Positions 25,721-38,880 of a DNA stretch of 64,000 nt are shown one piece after another. Made by a program: the position numbers and the translations under genes. The notes beneath the pieces were generated by a model. The model had not been told where the DNA came from, made no database searches, and worked only from the letters and a program-made list of their open reading frames with translations. Within the stretch, counting starts at the first letter, position 1. Each line of letters opens with the position of its first letter. Origin of the DNA: Octopus sinensis (lineage: Eukaryota); NCBI RefSeq assembly GCF_006345805.1, contig NC_042997.1, positions 19,406,001-19,470,000 of the forward strand, given 5' to 3'.

Positions 25721-28133
25721 ATATCCATTTAACTTTGGTACACTTTAAAATTATCAAAGAATTAATCAAAATTGTTTTCATCTGTTTTAGCATATTTCTT
25801 GCTGCTACTTATACACAAATTTGAAACGTTCCAAGTTGTATAAGAAAATTATGAATAATACATTCAAATAGCCATACATCATGTTGATCAATAACATATT
25901 ACCTAATCGTGTTTTTGATTGAAAAGATTTTAATTTTTCATAATTTAAAATACAAAGACATATATGAAATTATTTTAATTCACAAAAATAATTTCAGAAT
26001 TGAAACAACTGTAGAAGTTAAGTGAACAGAATATCAATAGCTAATAACACACACTATACAGTAATAATATTTTTTAAAATTTCACTTAGTTAAATATAAT
26101 ACATGAAATTAAACTGCTATAATTTAGAATAAACTCATAATAATTCAGACTAGTTCTTAAAATTGGATTTCAGATTTGCATATTGAGAGCAATTATTTTA
26201 AAGAGAAATTACATAATAATGCCATCCAATGCAATACAATTTTCTAGAAAATTTTCCACATGATTTTGTCAGGAGATGGAGATTTATCATTATTTAATGT
26301 CTGTGTCAAATTTTAGCTCTTTTTTATGCAACCTTGCACAATCCTTGTGTTATTTTTACAATTATCTTAAGAATAAGTGAACAAACCAGCATAGTTTAGA
26401 CCAGCCTTGGGTAAACTATGACCACAGGATTTCTGAATTGCTTTGAATTTTCTCTAGTTGTGAGGCAGACGTTAAACGATGGTGATGATGATGTGTGGTC
26501 CATCTGATGATGAGCCATGTCTCATACAGCCAATTTCTCAAAAAAAAAAAAAGGTTGCCCCTGTCTGCTTTGACCTGTTCTAGAGTCATAGAATTAAGAT
26601 TCCATGTTATGTCCCCATCTCACTTTGGTGTCTCTGGTTTAAATCGAATTCAATACAAATTCAATTGAAAGGTTTCCATTTTCTTCACATGTTAAGTTGC
26701 TATCTGGAATCTTTTTGAATTGGTTTCTGTGGCAGCAATGTGCATATCATGGCTCCCTCTTCACTTTTTTCGTTTAGTTTTAGAAGTCTTTTGGAAATAG
26801 TCATAGAATTTTTAATTTCTGACTAAGCCATAAAAATAAATAAAACAAAATGTCTTCTTTTATTGTTAGTGGTTGGGAAAGAATCCAGATATAAAAACAG
26901 TTGCTTTGCTTTGGAAATATGTTATGGTACAGACTTTAAAAATACTATCTAGCAAACACTGATACGAAAGAAACAGATATTGAATTGTCAAACAAAATTC
27001 TAGGAAATAAATCAGAATCAGAATTAGGTGTTTTCTTACTGAATCAAAACTTTTAATGACTCATTTTCATTTTCCTCTTTACTTGACATTACTCTATACT
27101 TAACATTACATATCACTCACATTAAACAGAGTGATCAACAAGACACTTTAAAAGTCTGCACATTTGATAAGAAGCTAGTAGTACCAACTAATGTCCAATA
27201 TACCAAACACTTAGTTCCCATCTGTGGACTTAAAAGTGTTTAAGTTATCGCCCGTGCCTTCCTGTTCCCAGACAGATTGATATCAGTTCTATTTGTCACG
27301 GCCTTAAAAACTAATCTGCTATATTATTGCATGATTAACAAAGAATCTGTACATTTTCCAATCATCTTCTCCCATCTTTACTGAATAGTCTATCACCAAT
27401 TCTGTCAAGTTACATGTTCAACTCATCACTTACTATCTTCTCTCATCAATTGCTTTCTTAAGCTTATCAGTTTAAAAGTAGCATTTCCATCAAGAACTCT
27501 TCAACTGTAAATTGGTGAAACATATCAACTTCCACCACATTGAATTGGCAGTAATTTTCTTATCTCCCAAACAGACATACATGCACTCACACATCAAACA
27601 CACACACAAATACACGAACACATACACACAAATGCACACGCATGCATACATATACAGAATTAATATTGTAAATAACTGAAAAATGCATATATGTGCACAT
27701 TAAATATAATCTTTCCAGCCCCCAGGTCAGCAGTTTTTAATTAAACCAAATGTACACCTCTATGTGTTACATTTCACCAGATCTAAATACGAAGTTTCTA
27801 GCTAGTAACATACGTCACCATGATATAACAGTGAATTTAAATTGGTGGCTCCGTCACTAATTAATGAGTAACACACATATATTACACATTTGAAATTTAT
27901 GTTGCCAGTTATTAACTTTTCTGTGAGTTAATTTATTGGTGCAGACTCTATTTATGGTTTGAAGGTGCAATTAGAATCTGATTGCATATTATACATGGAC
28001 ATATGCGGTTTGTTGCTGATATACTGCATATACTTAATGTATTTTCACAGCTTGCTAAATTAAACAGTTTGTCAGCTTTTCAGAGACCTGACACCACGTT
28101 TTCAACAATTTGTCACATAATATTAACTAACAG

Positions 28134-28239
28134 ATCAGTGAATTTAGTTCTTTCATACAAGAAGATTATCTTCTTGAAACAAATGACTATGGTCTTGAAC
28201 CAATTTTCTTACATCGCACGGACTATAACATCATCTATG
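28134..28239 (+). CDS. Candidate exon: ISEFSSFIQEDYLLETNDYGLEPIFLHRTDYNIIY
   Basis: Acceptor taactaacag, donor ATG|gtatat, 106 nt open, phase 0 to 1; joins 21097-21140 in frame. Confidence 0.5.
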
Positions 28240-28762
28240 GTATATTCCATGAATTAAAATCAAACATACCTAAAACAATTCGATAAGGCTATACTTTTAG
28301 GCTTTCATAAAGGAACAGACATAAACAGAAATTTCACGTTATCTAGTTTGGAAAATATTTGATATCATCAACATTGTTTCAGCATCAGCTTTTCCATGCT
28401 TTCATAGGTCAGACAGAATTCCTTGAAGCAGTTTTTCTATGGCTGAATGCCCTTCCTGTTGCCAATTATATCCTGTTTCCAAGTAATCTATTGGTACAGA
28501 CTCAATTTAATATTGATTAATATACTTTAGTGGTCTGAACACTACATTCAAGCAATGTTTTAAACTGCTAAAACAATAAGGGTAGTGATATAAGATGCTG
28601 GTGTAGCTCCTTGTTGATTTGATAACAATTATGCTGTTGAGCTTCATAAAATTGTTATTCATGGTAAATTGATATATTCATTAGAGTGTCAGTTTTGATT
28701 TCCATCTTTTCAGGATTGCTATAAATATCAGGGTTGTTTCCACCTGATCTATTAACTTCCGC

Positions 28763-29165
28763 CTTTACTCTTTTACTCTTTTACTTGTTTCAGTCATTTG
28801 ACTGTTGCCATGCTGGAGCACCACTTTTAGTCGAGTAAATCGACCCCAGGATTATTCTTTGTAAACTTAGTACTTATTCTATCGGTTCTCTTTTGCTGAA
28901 CTGCTCAGTTATGGGGACGTAAACACACCAGCATCGGTTGTCAAGCGATGTTGGGGGGACAAACATACACACACACACATATATATATATACATATATAT
29001 ACGACGAGCTTCTTTCAGTTTCCATCTACCAAATCCACTCACAAGGCTTTGGTCGGCCTGAGGCTATAGTAGAAGACACTTGCCCAAGGTGCCACGCAGT
29101 GGGACTGAACCCAGAACCATGTGGTTTGTAAGCAAGCTACTTACCACACATCCATGCCTACGCCT
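28763..29165 (-). mobile_element. SINE family B, full length, with internal CA/TA microsatellite
   Basis: tRNA-like head at right, (AAAAGAGT)n-type tail at left; other copies at 42508-42890, 57709-58124 and a partial at 47590-47880. Confidence 0.85.
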
Positions 29166-29690
29166 ATGAAGTTCACTCATGAAATTTTGTTTGGCTTGCT
29201 TGATGCTATAGCAGAAGACACTTGCACAAAGTGTCAAAAAGTGGGCCTGAACCTGAAATTATTTGGTTGACAAGCAACCTTTCTAATTGCACAGCTATGC
29301 CTGCTGTACATTGACAAAATAGTTAAAGAGTGAAGCAAGATGCTAACCAGAAATTCTTCTGACACTGTTCTGATGGCAATATCAGTGACAACACGGACAC
29401 CAACCTGTGTCAGTTCAAGTTGGTAGTTTTACCCTTGATTAAACATCAGTATTATGGCAAGGTGAAACTTGCATGCATGAGCAACTGCCAGACTTCCTTT
29501 AAAAAATCTTGACTTAGCCTATGTGTACACGTGCATATATGAGGTCAGTTTTGACTGATAAAGTCTCTGTATCATGTAGACCTCTCATCAAAAGGCATTC
29601 CAACAAGAACTATCCTATCTTTTCACTCTTTTCTTGCAGATGAAATGAATTTAAGATATCTCTCTCTCTACATATATATATATATATATA

Positions 29691-30130
29691 TCTTATTATA
29701 AAAGGCAGATTTTATCTGCCTCCCTTTGGGAGTTATACAAATCTACAATATAGGATTTCTTCAATTACAATTTACCTAGCATTTTTAAGAGTACAATGCA
29801 TTGTGTCATGCCAGGTCCAGTTTTTAAAATTTAAACTCCAATTAAGCAAAATTTACAGAAAACTCACATTCTGGTGTATATGTCAAATGCTTTTCTTAGT
29901 CTGGTTTACAGCACACGCAAACGCACACACACACTGTGTAACGAATAAAGTGAAACTAGATGTAATATTTGTTTCTGCCTATCACGCTGATAGATACATG
30001 AGTAAAATGTATGGGAAGCTAACAAATAAGAGTGAGTGAAAATGTTCTTGGAAGAGAGTAAATAGCGAGACAGAGTGATTTGAGGAAGACTTTACATTAA
30101 ATAACCGTAGTGGCTTCTGTTAGTAATAAA
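29691..30130 (+). mobile_element. Probable 5' part of a Helitron-like element
   Basis: A|TCTTATTATAAAA start with hairpin aggcagat-ttt-atctgcct; no 3' CTAG terminus found. Confidence 0.4.
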
Positions 30131-30139
30131 GTAAACATA

Positions 30140-30508
30140 CACTCATACATACATACATACATACATACATACATACATACATAGATACATACATACATAC
30201 ACACACATACACACACACACATACATACATACACACACACATACATACATACACACATACATACATACATATACATACATACATACATATACATACATAC
30301 ATACACACACACATACATACATATATACATACATACATACATATACATACATACATACATATACATACATACACACACGCACACACATACACACACACAC
30401 AGTATTGAAGCTTAAGAACAATCAGATACATTTGCAACACATCTGTTGAAAATATTATTGTTCACACACATACATATACATATATACATACAGACAGACA
30501 GACAGATA

Positions 30509-30543
<35 letters not shown>

Positions 30544-30660
30544 TTCAGCATGGCCACAACCTCAAGGCTGAAACATATAAAAGAATAACAGAATATAAAT
30601 GTGTGCATGTGTGTGAGAGAGAGAGTGTGTGTGTATATGTATGTATGTATGTATGTATAT
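30140..30660. repeat. (CATA)n/(CA)n/(GACA)n compound microsatellite
   Basis: Seen directly. Confidence 0.95.
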
Positions 30661-30664
30661 ATAT

Positions 30665-31260
30665 ATAATAATGCGGTTTTTTCAACAGCTTGAACTAAAA
30701 GTCAGAGGGGAATGGGATAAACTACTTATATTAACTTGCTATAAAAGCAGGTAGTAATTTTATCTCGTCCTTATTCATAGTGCAAGTTTTGAAGAGTGCA
30801 TTTCAATTTTAACAGCTATTTTTTTCAAAGCTATGTTGGAAGTAACAAAGGAGCATATTTGGCATATTTTGCTTTATGAGTTCAATAAAGACAACAACGC
30901 AACGGAAAGTACAAGAAATATTAATGCAGTATATGGGAATTGGACAATAAGCGTAAGGCAGTTTCAATGGTGGTTCCAGAAATTCCGAGCCATAAACTAC
31001 AGCCTAGAAGACGAGTCTCATCCTGAAAGATCTGTAGAACTCGACAAGGACATCCTGAAAACCCTGGTGGAACAAAATCTCATCGTAACTGTTGAGGAAC
31101 TAGCAGAGAAGCTTGGATTTGGTCATTCAACCATTCATTGAGACCTGTGTGCTATCGGAAAAGTCAGCAAATTGGGTCAATGGGTTCCTCACGAACTTTC
31201 CGAGTCTAATTGCATGCAGAGAGTGAATGTATGCTTTTCTTTGCTGTCACATCTCACCAC
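30665..31260 (+). pseudogene. 5' half of a mariner transposon
   Basis: TIR-like taataatgcggtttttt, then the HTH region MLEVTKEHIWHILLYEF..., one stop, and the mariner WVPHEL motif (LGQWVPHEL); breaks off at the Helitron. Confidence 0.9.
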
Positions 31261-31276
31261 TACTGCGCTATGTATA

Positions 31277-31913
31277 TCTATATATATAAAACTGTAGTTG
31301 TGTGAGTGTCTGTCCCCTTCGATTTAGATTCCTAACTACTCCCACATTTTGCGGTGCAGTTTAACCAAATTCGGGTAGCTTATAGTCGTGATTCATATCG
31401 AGCCCCTCTGAGTATTAGCGCGCGTCTACAATGAGTCTACGATTTTAAAAATAATTTAACATCATTTTTTATTCCATTTTAATGCATAATTTTTCGTGTG
31501 TCGATCGCGGCGGAGTTGGCGTCCACGCTCACACCTGCACCTGTGGGGAAGGGAGTGTAAGGAAATCAACGTCGTAATGCGTTGTCAAGGAGACCAGCAT
31601 TCTTTTAGAACAACGACTTCATGGCTTGAAGACACCAAAACAGAAATGGCTAAGAAAGCGTTTACATGAGTCTACGATTTAAAAAGAAATTTACCATCGT
31701 TTTTTTTCCATTTTAATGCATTTTTTCGCTATTATATAAGGGAAGTAACTCTCTAAAAATGTCTACGATGAGTCAACGATTTAAAAAAAAATTTACCATC
31801 ATATTTTTTCCATTTTTAATGCATTTTTTGCTATTTTTTGGCTATAACTCTCTAAAAATGTTTATATAGTTATTTCCCTTACAAACCCGAGCAACGCCGG
31901 GCGATACTGCTAG
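31277..31913 (+). mobile_element. Non-autonomous Helitron
   Basis: A|TCTATATATATAAA start; 3' aaacccgagcaacgccgggcgatactgctag|T identical to the 4104 end; three internal ~60 bp repeats. Confidence 0.85.
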
Positions 31914-32274
31914 TATATATATATATGGCAAAATGTCTGTGTGCATGTCCTTTATACAAATCCACAATTTTTCAGTTAGAGGGCTCGCACTTTCTATGGT
32001 CATTCAAAATCATCCAAGGGTGGTCATGCAAATCTTTACATTTCCCCAGTCACCCCACAAAGCCAGTAAAAAATCAATAGAAGTTACTTTTTTGTGAATT
32101 TTCTAGCCAAAACCCAATCAAAATGCCCAAAACTTGATACGCCAATTGAATGCCAGCTAGATGTATGTGATTGGTCGGAGATTTGGATAGTACTCACGTG
32201 TATATGCGCAAGCACGCAGCTGTATATGCATACACTAGCAGTATGACACGGCGTTGCCGGGTCATAGTGCTAGT
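31914..32274 (+). mobile_element. Second Helitron-like element abutting the first
   Basis: (TA)n start and hairpin-CTAG terminus at 32234-32274. Confidence 0.6.
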
Positions 32275-32819
32275 GATATGATAAAATGTGAGAGAGATTT
32301 GGCTGCTATAAGTAATAGCTCAAGATATCACACAGAATTTCTCTTTGGCTCATTCATACATTAGTAATATAGTCTGATAGTACTACAAATGAAGACAAAT
32401 GGTAAACACTCCATTTTGATATCTAACAAATTGTATTAAATTATGAATAGGAAATTACTTGCATGTAAAAGAAATAAAGTTAACAAGACCTTACTAATCC
32501 CACCCAGCACATATTGATTTCATTTATTGCGATTTTGTAATTTAAACACAACTTAACATTATAATTCCCTTTAACTCAATTTCATTAGCTTTTTTTTGAA
32601 ATGTCAACTTAAATCAGTCATTAAAAGTAGCATGTGATTTAGTCACACAGTGGTAATTAGCTACTTTAAAATATTTATTAAGATGGCCACATTTATAAAT
32701 AAAACATTAATTCAAATTGGTTGGCGTCCTAGTTTGATTAGCTCAACAGGAATACAAGCTTCATTTGCTTTCTTTCTGTTAGAAAGTCTTGTACATGTAA
32801 AAAAAAAAAATTATATACA

Positions 32820-32827
32820 TCCATCCA

Positions 32828-32863
<36 letters not shown>

Positions 32864-33088
32864 CACATACACACATATATATGCACATATATATATATTG
32901 TATACTCACACAAATATATACATTTATGCATGTATATACATATATATGCATGTATATACATATATATATGCATACATATATATGCATACATATACATATA
33001 TATATATACATATACATATATGCATGTATATACATTTACATATATGCATACATATACATATATGCATGTATATACATATATATGCATG

Positions 33089-33129
<41 letters not shown>

Positions 33130-33195
33130 TACATATATATATATATATATAGTGTAATATATACATATGTATATATGTACATACACACACATATA
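32820..33195. repeat. Compound TA/CA/TGCA microsatellite
   Basis: Seen directly. Confidence 0.95.
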
Positions 33196-34209
33196 TAGAT
33201 ATGTTTACTCACACTCACAAATACATATCTTTGTTACATTCTCTTTTACTTCAGTTTCATTCCTTTATCTGTTTTTGTTTTTTGTTTACGTATTTCTTAA
33301 TTTTTACTTCATATTTCTCTATTCTACACAATCATTCTCATCTCTTTCATACACGTATGTCCTGCAAGTTTTTACTTTTCTCTCTCTCTCTCTCTCCATA
33401 GTATGTACATACATACCTGTATGTATATATATATATATTGTATTAATTCAGGTATTAATAGTTGCCGTTAGTCATTAATTCATAGGTGCTTCAAAATTTG
33501 ACATAATAAATTCCCTTAGGAGATTGCCAACTTGTTTGTTTAACCTTCTAGATAAATCTTTACTAACCTATGTCTGAGAACACATCTACTTGATGTAATG
33601 CTTTCTTAAAATTGATTATTTTCTCAGTAGAAAGATGATATAGAATATAACTTTTGATTTTTTGGATGTACAGAGCAACTAGTATATATCTTTCTGTATT
33701 TTTTCCTTGTGGTTTCTTATTCTTGTTTTGCGGTTTACCCAAAGGAGAAAGGGCAATGCCCATAACCTCATGCAGAGCCTCTGAGACTTTTGAGGGAAGG
33801 AAAGAAGAAACAAAAACACATGTGTTGCCATAGTAGAAATCATTGCATCAGGATATTGAGTTTTTCTGAGCAAGTGACCTGGTTCATATACGTACAACAG
33901 AGTGGAGCGATTCCACTAAAGGTGGCCAAACACTAGGTAGGTTAAATAGAGCAACTGGTTAAGTCTGCAATATAAGAACAGAAACACAGTTCTATCACTA
34001 ATTTTCTATGAATTTTTTGTCTTGCTCATGTATTCATTACAAATTGCAATGCTCCTCTATGTTAAGAGTTCAGATCCAACTCAAGTCTATTTGTTGTTCA
34101 TTAGTCTTGTGTTAATGAAATAAATACTGGGATTTTTTCAATTAATTATGGGTTATCCATAGAACATTATAGTTTGGGTATTACATTTGATAATAGTGTT
34201 TCTTCATTA

Positions 34210-34437
34210 TTAACCCTTTCGTTACTGTATTTATTTTGAGATGCTCTGTATTTCTTTCAATTACTTTAAATATAACAAAGAATTTAGTAAAATAACTTAG
34301 TTTCATTCAGCTAGTATTAGGAACATAAATTGTAACTAAGGTTTGGTGGAAGATTTTAATTCAAAACTTATGTAAACAAGACATTTGTACAACAGAGCCA
34401 GAGCCAGTTTCAGCCAGGTTGGTAACGAAAGCGTTAA
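34210..34437. mobile_element. piggyBac-type MITE
   Basis: TTAA-CCCTTTCGTTAC...GTAACGAAAGCG-TTAA; second copy at 63511-63720. Confidence 0.85.
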
Positions 34438-34810
34438 GGCAGTGAGCTGGCAGAATTCTTAAAGCTGTGGAGAAAATACTTTGTGGTATTTCTTCTGGCT
34501 TTTTACATTCTGAGTTCCGATTTCATTAAAGTTAAATTTGCCTCTTATGTATCTAGGATTAATAAAATAAAGCACCAGTTGAGTAGTAGTTTGATAGCAT
34601 CAGCTAACCCCCTTGTCAACTCAATATCCTTGGCTTTTTCTTTTTTTGTCTGTCTTTACATTCTGAGTTAAAATTCTGCCGAGGTCAACTTTGGCTTTCA
34701 TCCTTTTGGGGTTGATAAATTAAGTATCAGCTGTGTACTGGGGTCGATCTAATTGACTGGCCTCCTCCCCAAAAATTTAGGACCTTGTGCCTAGAGTAAT
34801 AAAGAATATT
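34438..34810 (+). mobile_element. Two tandem SINE C copies, degenerate or truncated
   Basis: Family C head at 34438 and core at 34680. Confidence 0.7.
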
Positions 34811-35243
34811 TCTGGCTTTTTGCTTAAATTAGAAACACTTATTACCTCATATTAGTATTAATTTTTTCCATTGGCACTTTAACAGAACTAAATGCAAATA
34901 ATACTTTTGTATTGTAATTTGAGCAGAATTTATTCAGGTAATATGGACAACAAACAAACAAATCAAAATATCATTCTTCATTGAATGTGTGATATATTTA
35001 GTATGAAATAATGCTGGAGGATTATATATATATAATTGTAAGATTTAGTGATTGAGGTGTAGAAAGAAAATTAGCTTCAAGCAATCTATAGTAAACGTAA
35101 GAAAACACCTTTCAGGGACAATATTGGTTTATTGAGATGGAAGGTTTTGGTTTTTTTTTTTGTATTGAAGAACAGTAAACTGAAAAAAGTTGTTTTTATA
35201 TTCCACAGTAGGCAACCAGGGCTGCTGGGTGTGAGAATAAAAA

Positions 35244-35838
35244 TACAAGAGTTACAGAATGGAGTAGGAAAGATCTAGGCTACATATGTTTCATAGCGAG
35301 CAGAACTGTGGAAGTAACAAAATCCAAGTGAGGTATATACTGCTGGCTACTCTTCAGCCCAAGGGTATCTTGATTAGATTAAAGGTGGTGAGCTGGCAGA
35401 AACGTTAGCACGCCGGACGAAATGCGTAGCTGTATTTCGTCTGCCGTTACGTTCTGAGTTCAAATTCCGCTGAGGTCGACTTTGCCTTTCATTCTTTCGG
35501 GGTCGATAAATTAAGTACCAGTTATGCACTGGGGTCGATATAATCGACTTAATCCATTTGTCTGTCCTTGTTTGTCCTCTCTGTGTTTAGCCCCTTATGG
35601 GTAGTAAAGAAATAGGTATCTTGATTAGATTAAAGGTTAGATTGTGGCAAGGAGGTAGATGTTGATGCAAATAAGATTCAATCAGAACATGTAACCTTTA
35701 ATCAAATCAAGATATCCTTGGCCTGAGAAGTAGCCAGCAGTATACACCTCACTTGGATTTTACCACTTCCAAGGTTCTGCTCGGTATGAAATATATTTAG
35801 CCTGGATTTTTCCTACTCCATTCCATAGAAACTCTGTA
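35244..35838. mobile_element. TA-flanked MITE with ~145 bp TIRs, interrupted by a SINE C
   Basis: The left arm (35244-35386, resuming at 35637) is the reverse complement of about 35692-35838. Confidence 0.8.
35387..35614 (+). mobile_element. SINE C, full length
   Basis: 23 bp direct repeat ggtatcttgattagattaaaggt at 35364-35386 and 35615-35637. Confidence 0.9.
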
Positions 35839-36080
35839 TATTCTTAAGAAATTTATCAGTGCTTTGTTGTTAGTTTATTCCTCATTTTTCTTAACGCTCT
35901 CTTTAAAGGTGCCTACAAATCTTTCTACCTGCCCGTTTGACCTCGGGTGGTAGGGTTGAGTGAAAATATGCTTTATTGCATACCTTTTAGAGAAGTTCTT
36001 GGATTCATACCCAGAGAACTGCACTCCATTGTCTGAAACTAGCATGTCGGGGACACCCTATCGTTCAAACAGCTCGGAGG
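35832..36080 (-). pseudogene. Ty3/Gypsy integrase core fragment
   Basis: One frame: SELFER*GVPDMLVSDNGVQF...PYHPRSNGQVERFVGTFK...NKALINFLRIYR. Confidence 0.9.
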
Positions 36081-36751
36081 TAAAGCATTCCTAAATGCAA
36101 AGTCAGAAATCCAGTAATTATTTACTAGTTTCATCATGTCTCTTTGTTTTCTCTCCATGTTGATATATGGATAATTAAGGTGGTTTTAGAGTCACATCAT
36201 GACTGCTATTTTCAGCATGGTGGTATCTCATAGATACCCTAATTTATAATTTTGATAATTATTACCTTTGAAGATTATTTTTTTTCCATGCTGACCACTT
36301 GATAAAATCGTTATTTTATTATAAATTAACGATCTTATTCTTATTTATATAAATTTAAATTTATTTCATCACTATTTACTGCAGCGCTATTTTACTCATA
36401 CCTTACATGAAATTAAATGGTGGGCATTTTGAACTGGCCATGATGCATACGTGCATGTATATGTGGGTATACGTTCGTATACGTAAGTATTTGTATGTTG
36501 TATTTATATATATATATATATATTTATTTATGTTTCCTTTCTGTGTGTATTCTACTGACGAGGCAAAGCATTTCTAAATGCAAAGTCAGAAATCCGGGAT
36601 CTAGAATTATCCAGTAATTTTTTGCTAGTTTCATCTTGTCTCTGTTTTCTCTCCATGTTGATATATGGATAATTAACGTGGTTTTAGAGTTAGATCATGA
36701 CTGCTATTTTCAGCATGGTGGTATCTCGTAGATACCCTAATTTATAATTTT
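36078..36751. repeat. Diverged ~180 bp direct duplication
   Basis: 36078-36255 versus 36560-36751; the second copy has a short insertion. Confidence 0.9.
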
Positions 36752-36758
36752 ATATATA

Positions 36759-36813
<55 letters not shown>

Positions 36814-37499
36814 GACATTCATTATACGATAAAACCATGAAATGGTTTTACCGTATACTTATTTCAGAACAGATACATGACTTTTTAATATTTTCCTTCA
36901 TCTATTGTTTCCATTATTATTATTTTTGCTTATTCATATTCACTGTTTTTGCATATATCTTTCTTATTTCATTTCACTATAGATAAATGCATTGTTGTTG
37001 TTATTGCAGCTGCTCCTGTTGGTCTTGTTTCTCCTGCTGTTGTTGTTGTTCTTCTCCAATGTTTTTATTTGCACATGTTAATGTTTTTCAAAACTTTTTT
37101 GGTATGTTCATTTTTACTTTAACAGGCATATAATTTAGTTAACATGATCCTTTGTTTCAAAAGCTGTTGCCATCCAATCAATGTTCAATATTTGCTATCA
37201 TTGACTTCTAGTTACCTTCAAAAACCTTATATTTGATTCTCTTTGTTTCAAGGTCAGAAACACATGGCACAGAGTAACGATTTGTGAAGACTTCTGCTTT
37301 CAAGCTTCCAATAAGATCTAATATCACATTTTTTAGTATTGACTGCTCCTCTTATTTACACATACATGTTTTTACCTCCCTCACACGCACACACATGTTT
37401 ATGCTCATACAAACCTAAACATATATTTATAAATAACATCGTATTTGTTTCATACTTATGGATAAATGAATACATTGCAACAATGTAATAAACATTTAA

Positions 37500-38131
37500 T
37501 CAAAACAGAACAACAATCTTTTAAGAACCAACAATCCAACATGCTAACTCAAACTGTAAACTTTGAACCCCAGCTATGAACTTTTTACCTTACTTACTCA
37601 GACTGCTACTATTTATATATAGTAATCCAGTCTATTCTCGCACAACATTGCCTCTTTTGAGATTTCGTGTTTCAAAGGAATAAAGAATTTTTCATTTATT
37701 TTTTATTCAATTATTCATTAATGTCTCTTTCACTTGGGCATTATCTCAAGGGGCTTGGTCTGCTTTTTCTCATGCTGGTTCTACAGGACTGTTACTTTTG
37801 GTACCAGCACATCGAATATTTCACAGAATACTTCCAGGGGAATTTCTTTCTGATCCTGGATATCCCTCTTCCTTGGTTGGTTTATGTTTCTTATGCTAAC
37901 CGTTTGACATCATACTTCGAATTTTTCTGGTAACAAAACCATCTTCTCATTTACTGTTTCTATAGGTTTTGAAATGCACTTTATCACCTATCTCGACATG
38001 TTTCATTGACTCTTTCGGATTTCCTTTACATCTTTTTTTCCTTTTGCTCTGGTAATTACTTATCAAAAATGGATTTTATTCTTCTTGCAAACATCAATTC
38101 TTGAATTTGTACTTGGATTGGGGGTCGCTCT
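37500..38131 (-). pseudogene. Ty3/Gypsy integrase C-terminal fragment with PPT-like tract and probable LTR start
   Basis: RATPNP, ELMFARRIKSIFDK, KHVEIGDKVHFKTYR and EIPLEVFCEIFDV, then aaaagaggcaa followed by TGTTGTG at 37647. The LTR end was not found. Confidence 0.75.
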
Positions 38132-38134
38132 ATC

Positions 38135-38880
38135 ACAGTATTGATCTGACCATCAGTTGCAGTTATATGCCACTGAGAACAATTTGCTCCCAATTCCCTC
38201 TTATTTGCACCATTCTTTTCCAACTTGACCCAAGTTGCTTAATTGGCTCATATTCCCATCATCACAGAAGCCTTCAAAATAGCCTTTTCTGATCTCTTGG
38301 ATACCATTTGGCAACTTCATGAGTCCACCTGTTCTCTCTAAACCCTGTTGTTTCTGACATGAAGTGGAACTTGTGTTTTCAGTATTCTGCAATTACATTT
38401 GCTCCACTCCATTCATGAATGATCTCATTTCAAATATGTTTTATAATGATATTCCTAGCATGAATCTTTCCATGGCTCTTTACATCATAACCAATCCATA
38501 TTCTATCCTCTTTGTAGTAGCCTATATCTCAAATATGTATAAGAGTGTATGTAAGATCATAGGATAGTGCTATTGAAGAATTTGGCCAGTATGGTATTGT
38601 CTAGCACATCCCTTATTGAATTAAATACCTTCCCTCTGGCCCTTATTCTCTTTGAGATTTCAGCATCTATATCTTGGCACATATTCACTGTGTGCCCTAA
38701 ATGGATATACTCCTTTACTTTCTCAATTTCATTGCTTCCCACTGCTATTTAGCCTTGTATTACATGTTCCGTCTGCCTAAATTTTGTTAGCAAGCAATTC
38801 ATTTTAAGACCTGCTGTGAGGCTCTGAGTCCAGCTTTGTTAGCATGGTTTGCAGCTGGTCTATGGTTTCAATGATGAACT
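38135..38880 (-). mobile_element. RTE-clade LINE fragment (different family), RT C-terminus
   Basis: ETIDQLQTML, EKVKEYIHLG, AEISKRIRA, FNSTIL and NRWTHEVAKWYPRDQKR. Confidence 0.8.

Noticed and set aside
36553-36570. ctgacgaggcaaagc as a third hammerhead
   Set aside because: No GAAA half follows; the motif is cut by the 180 bp duplication.
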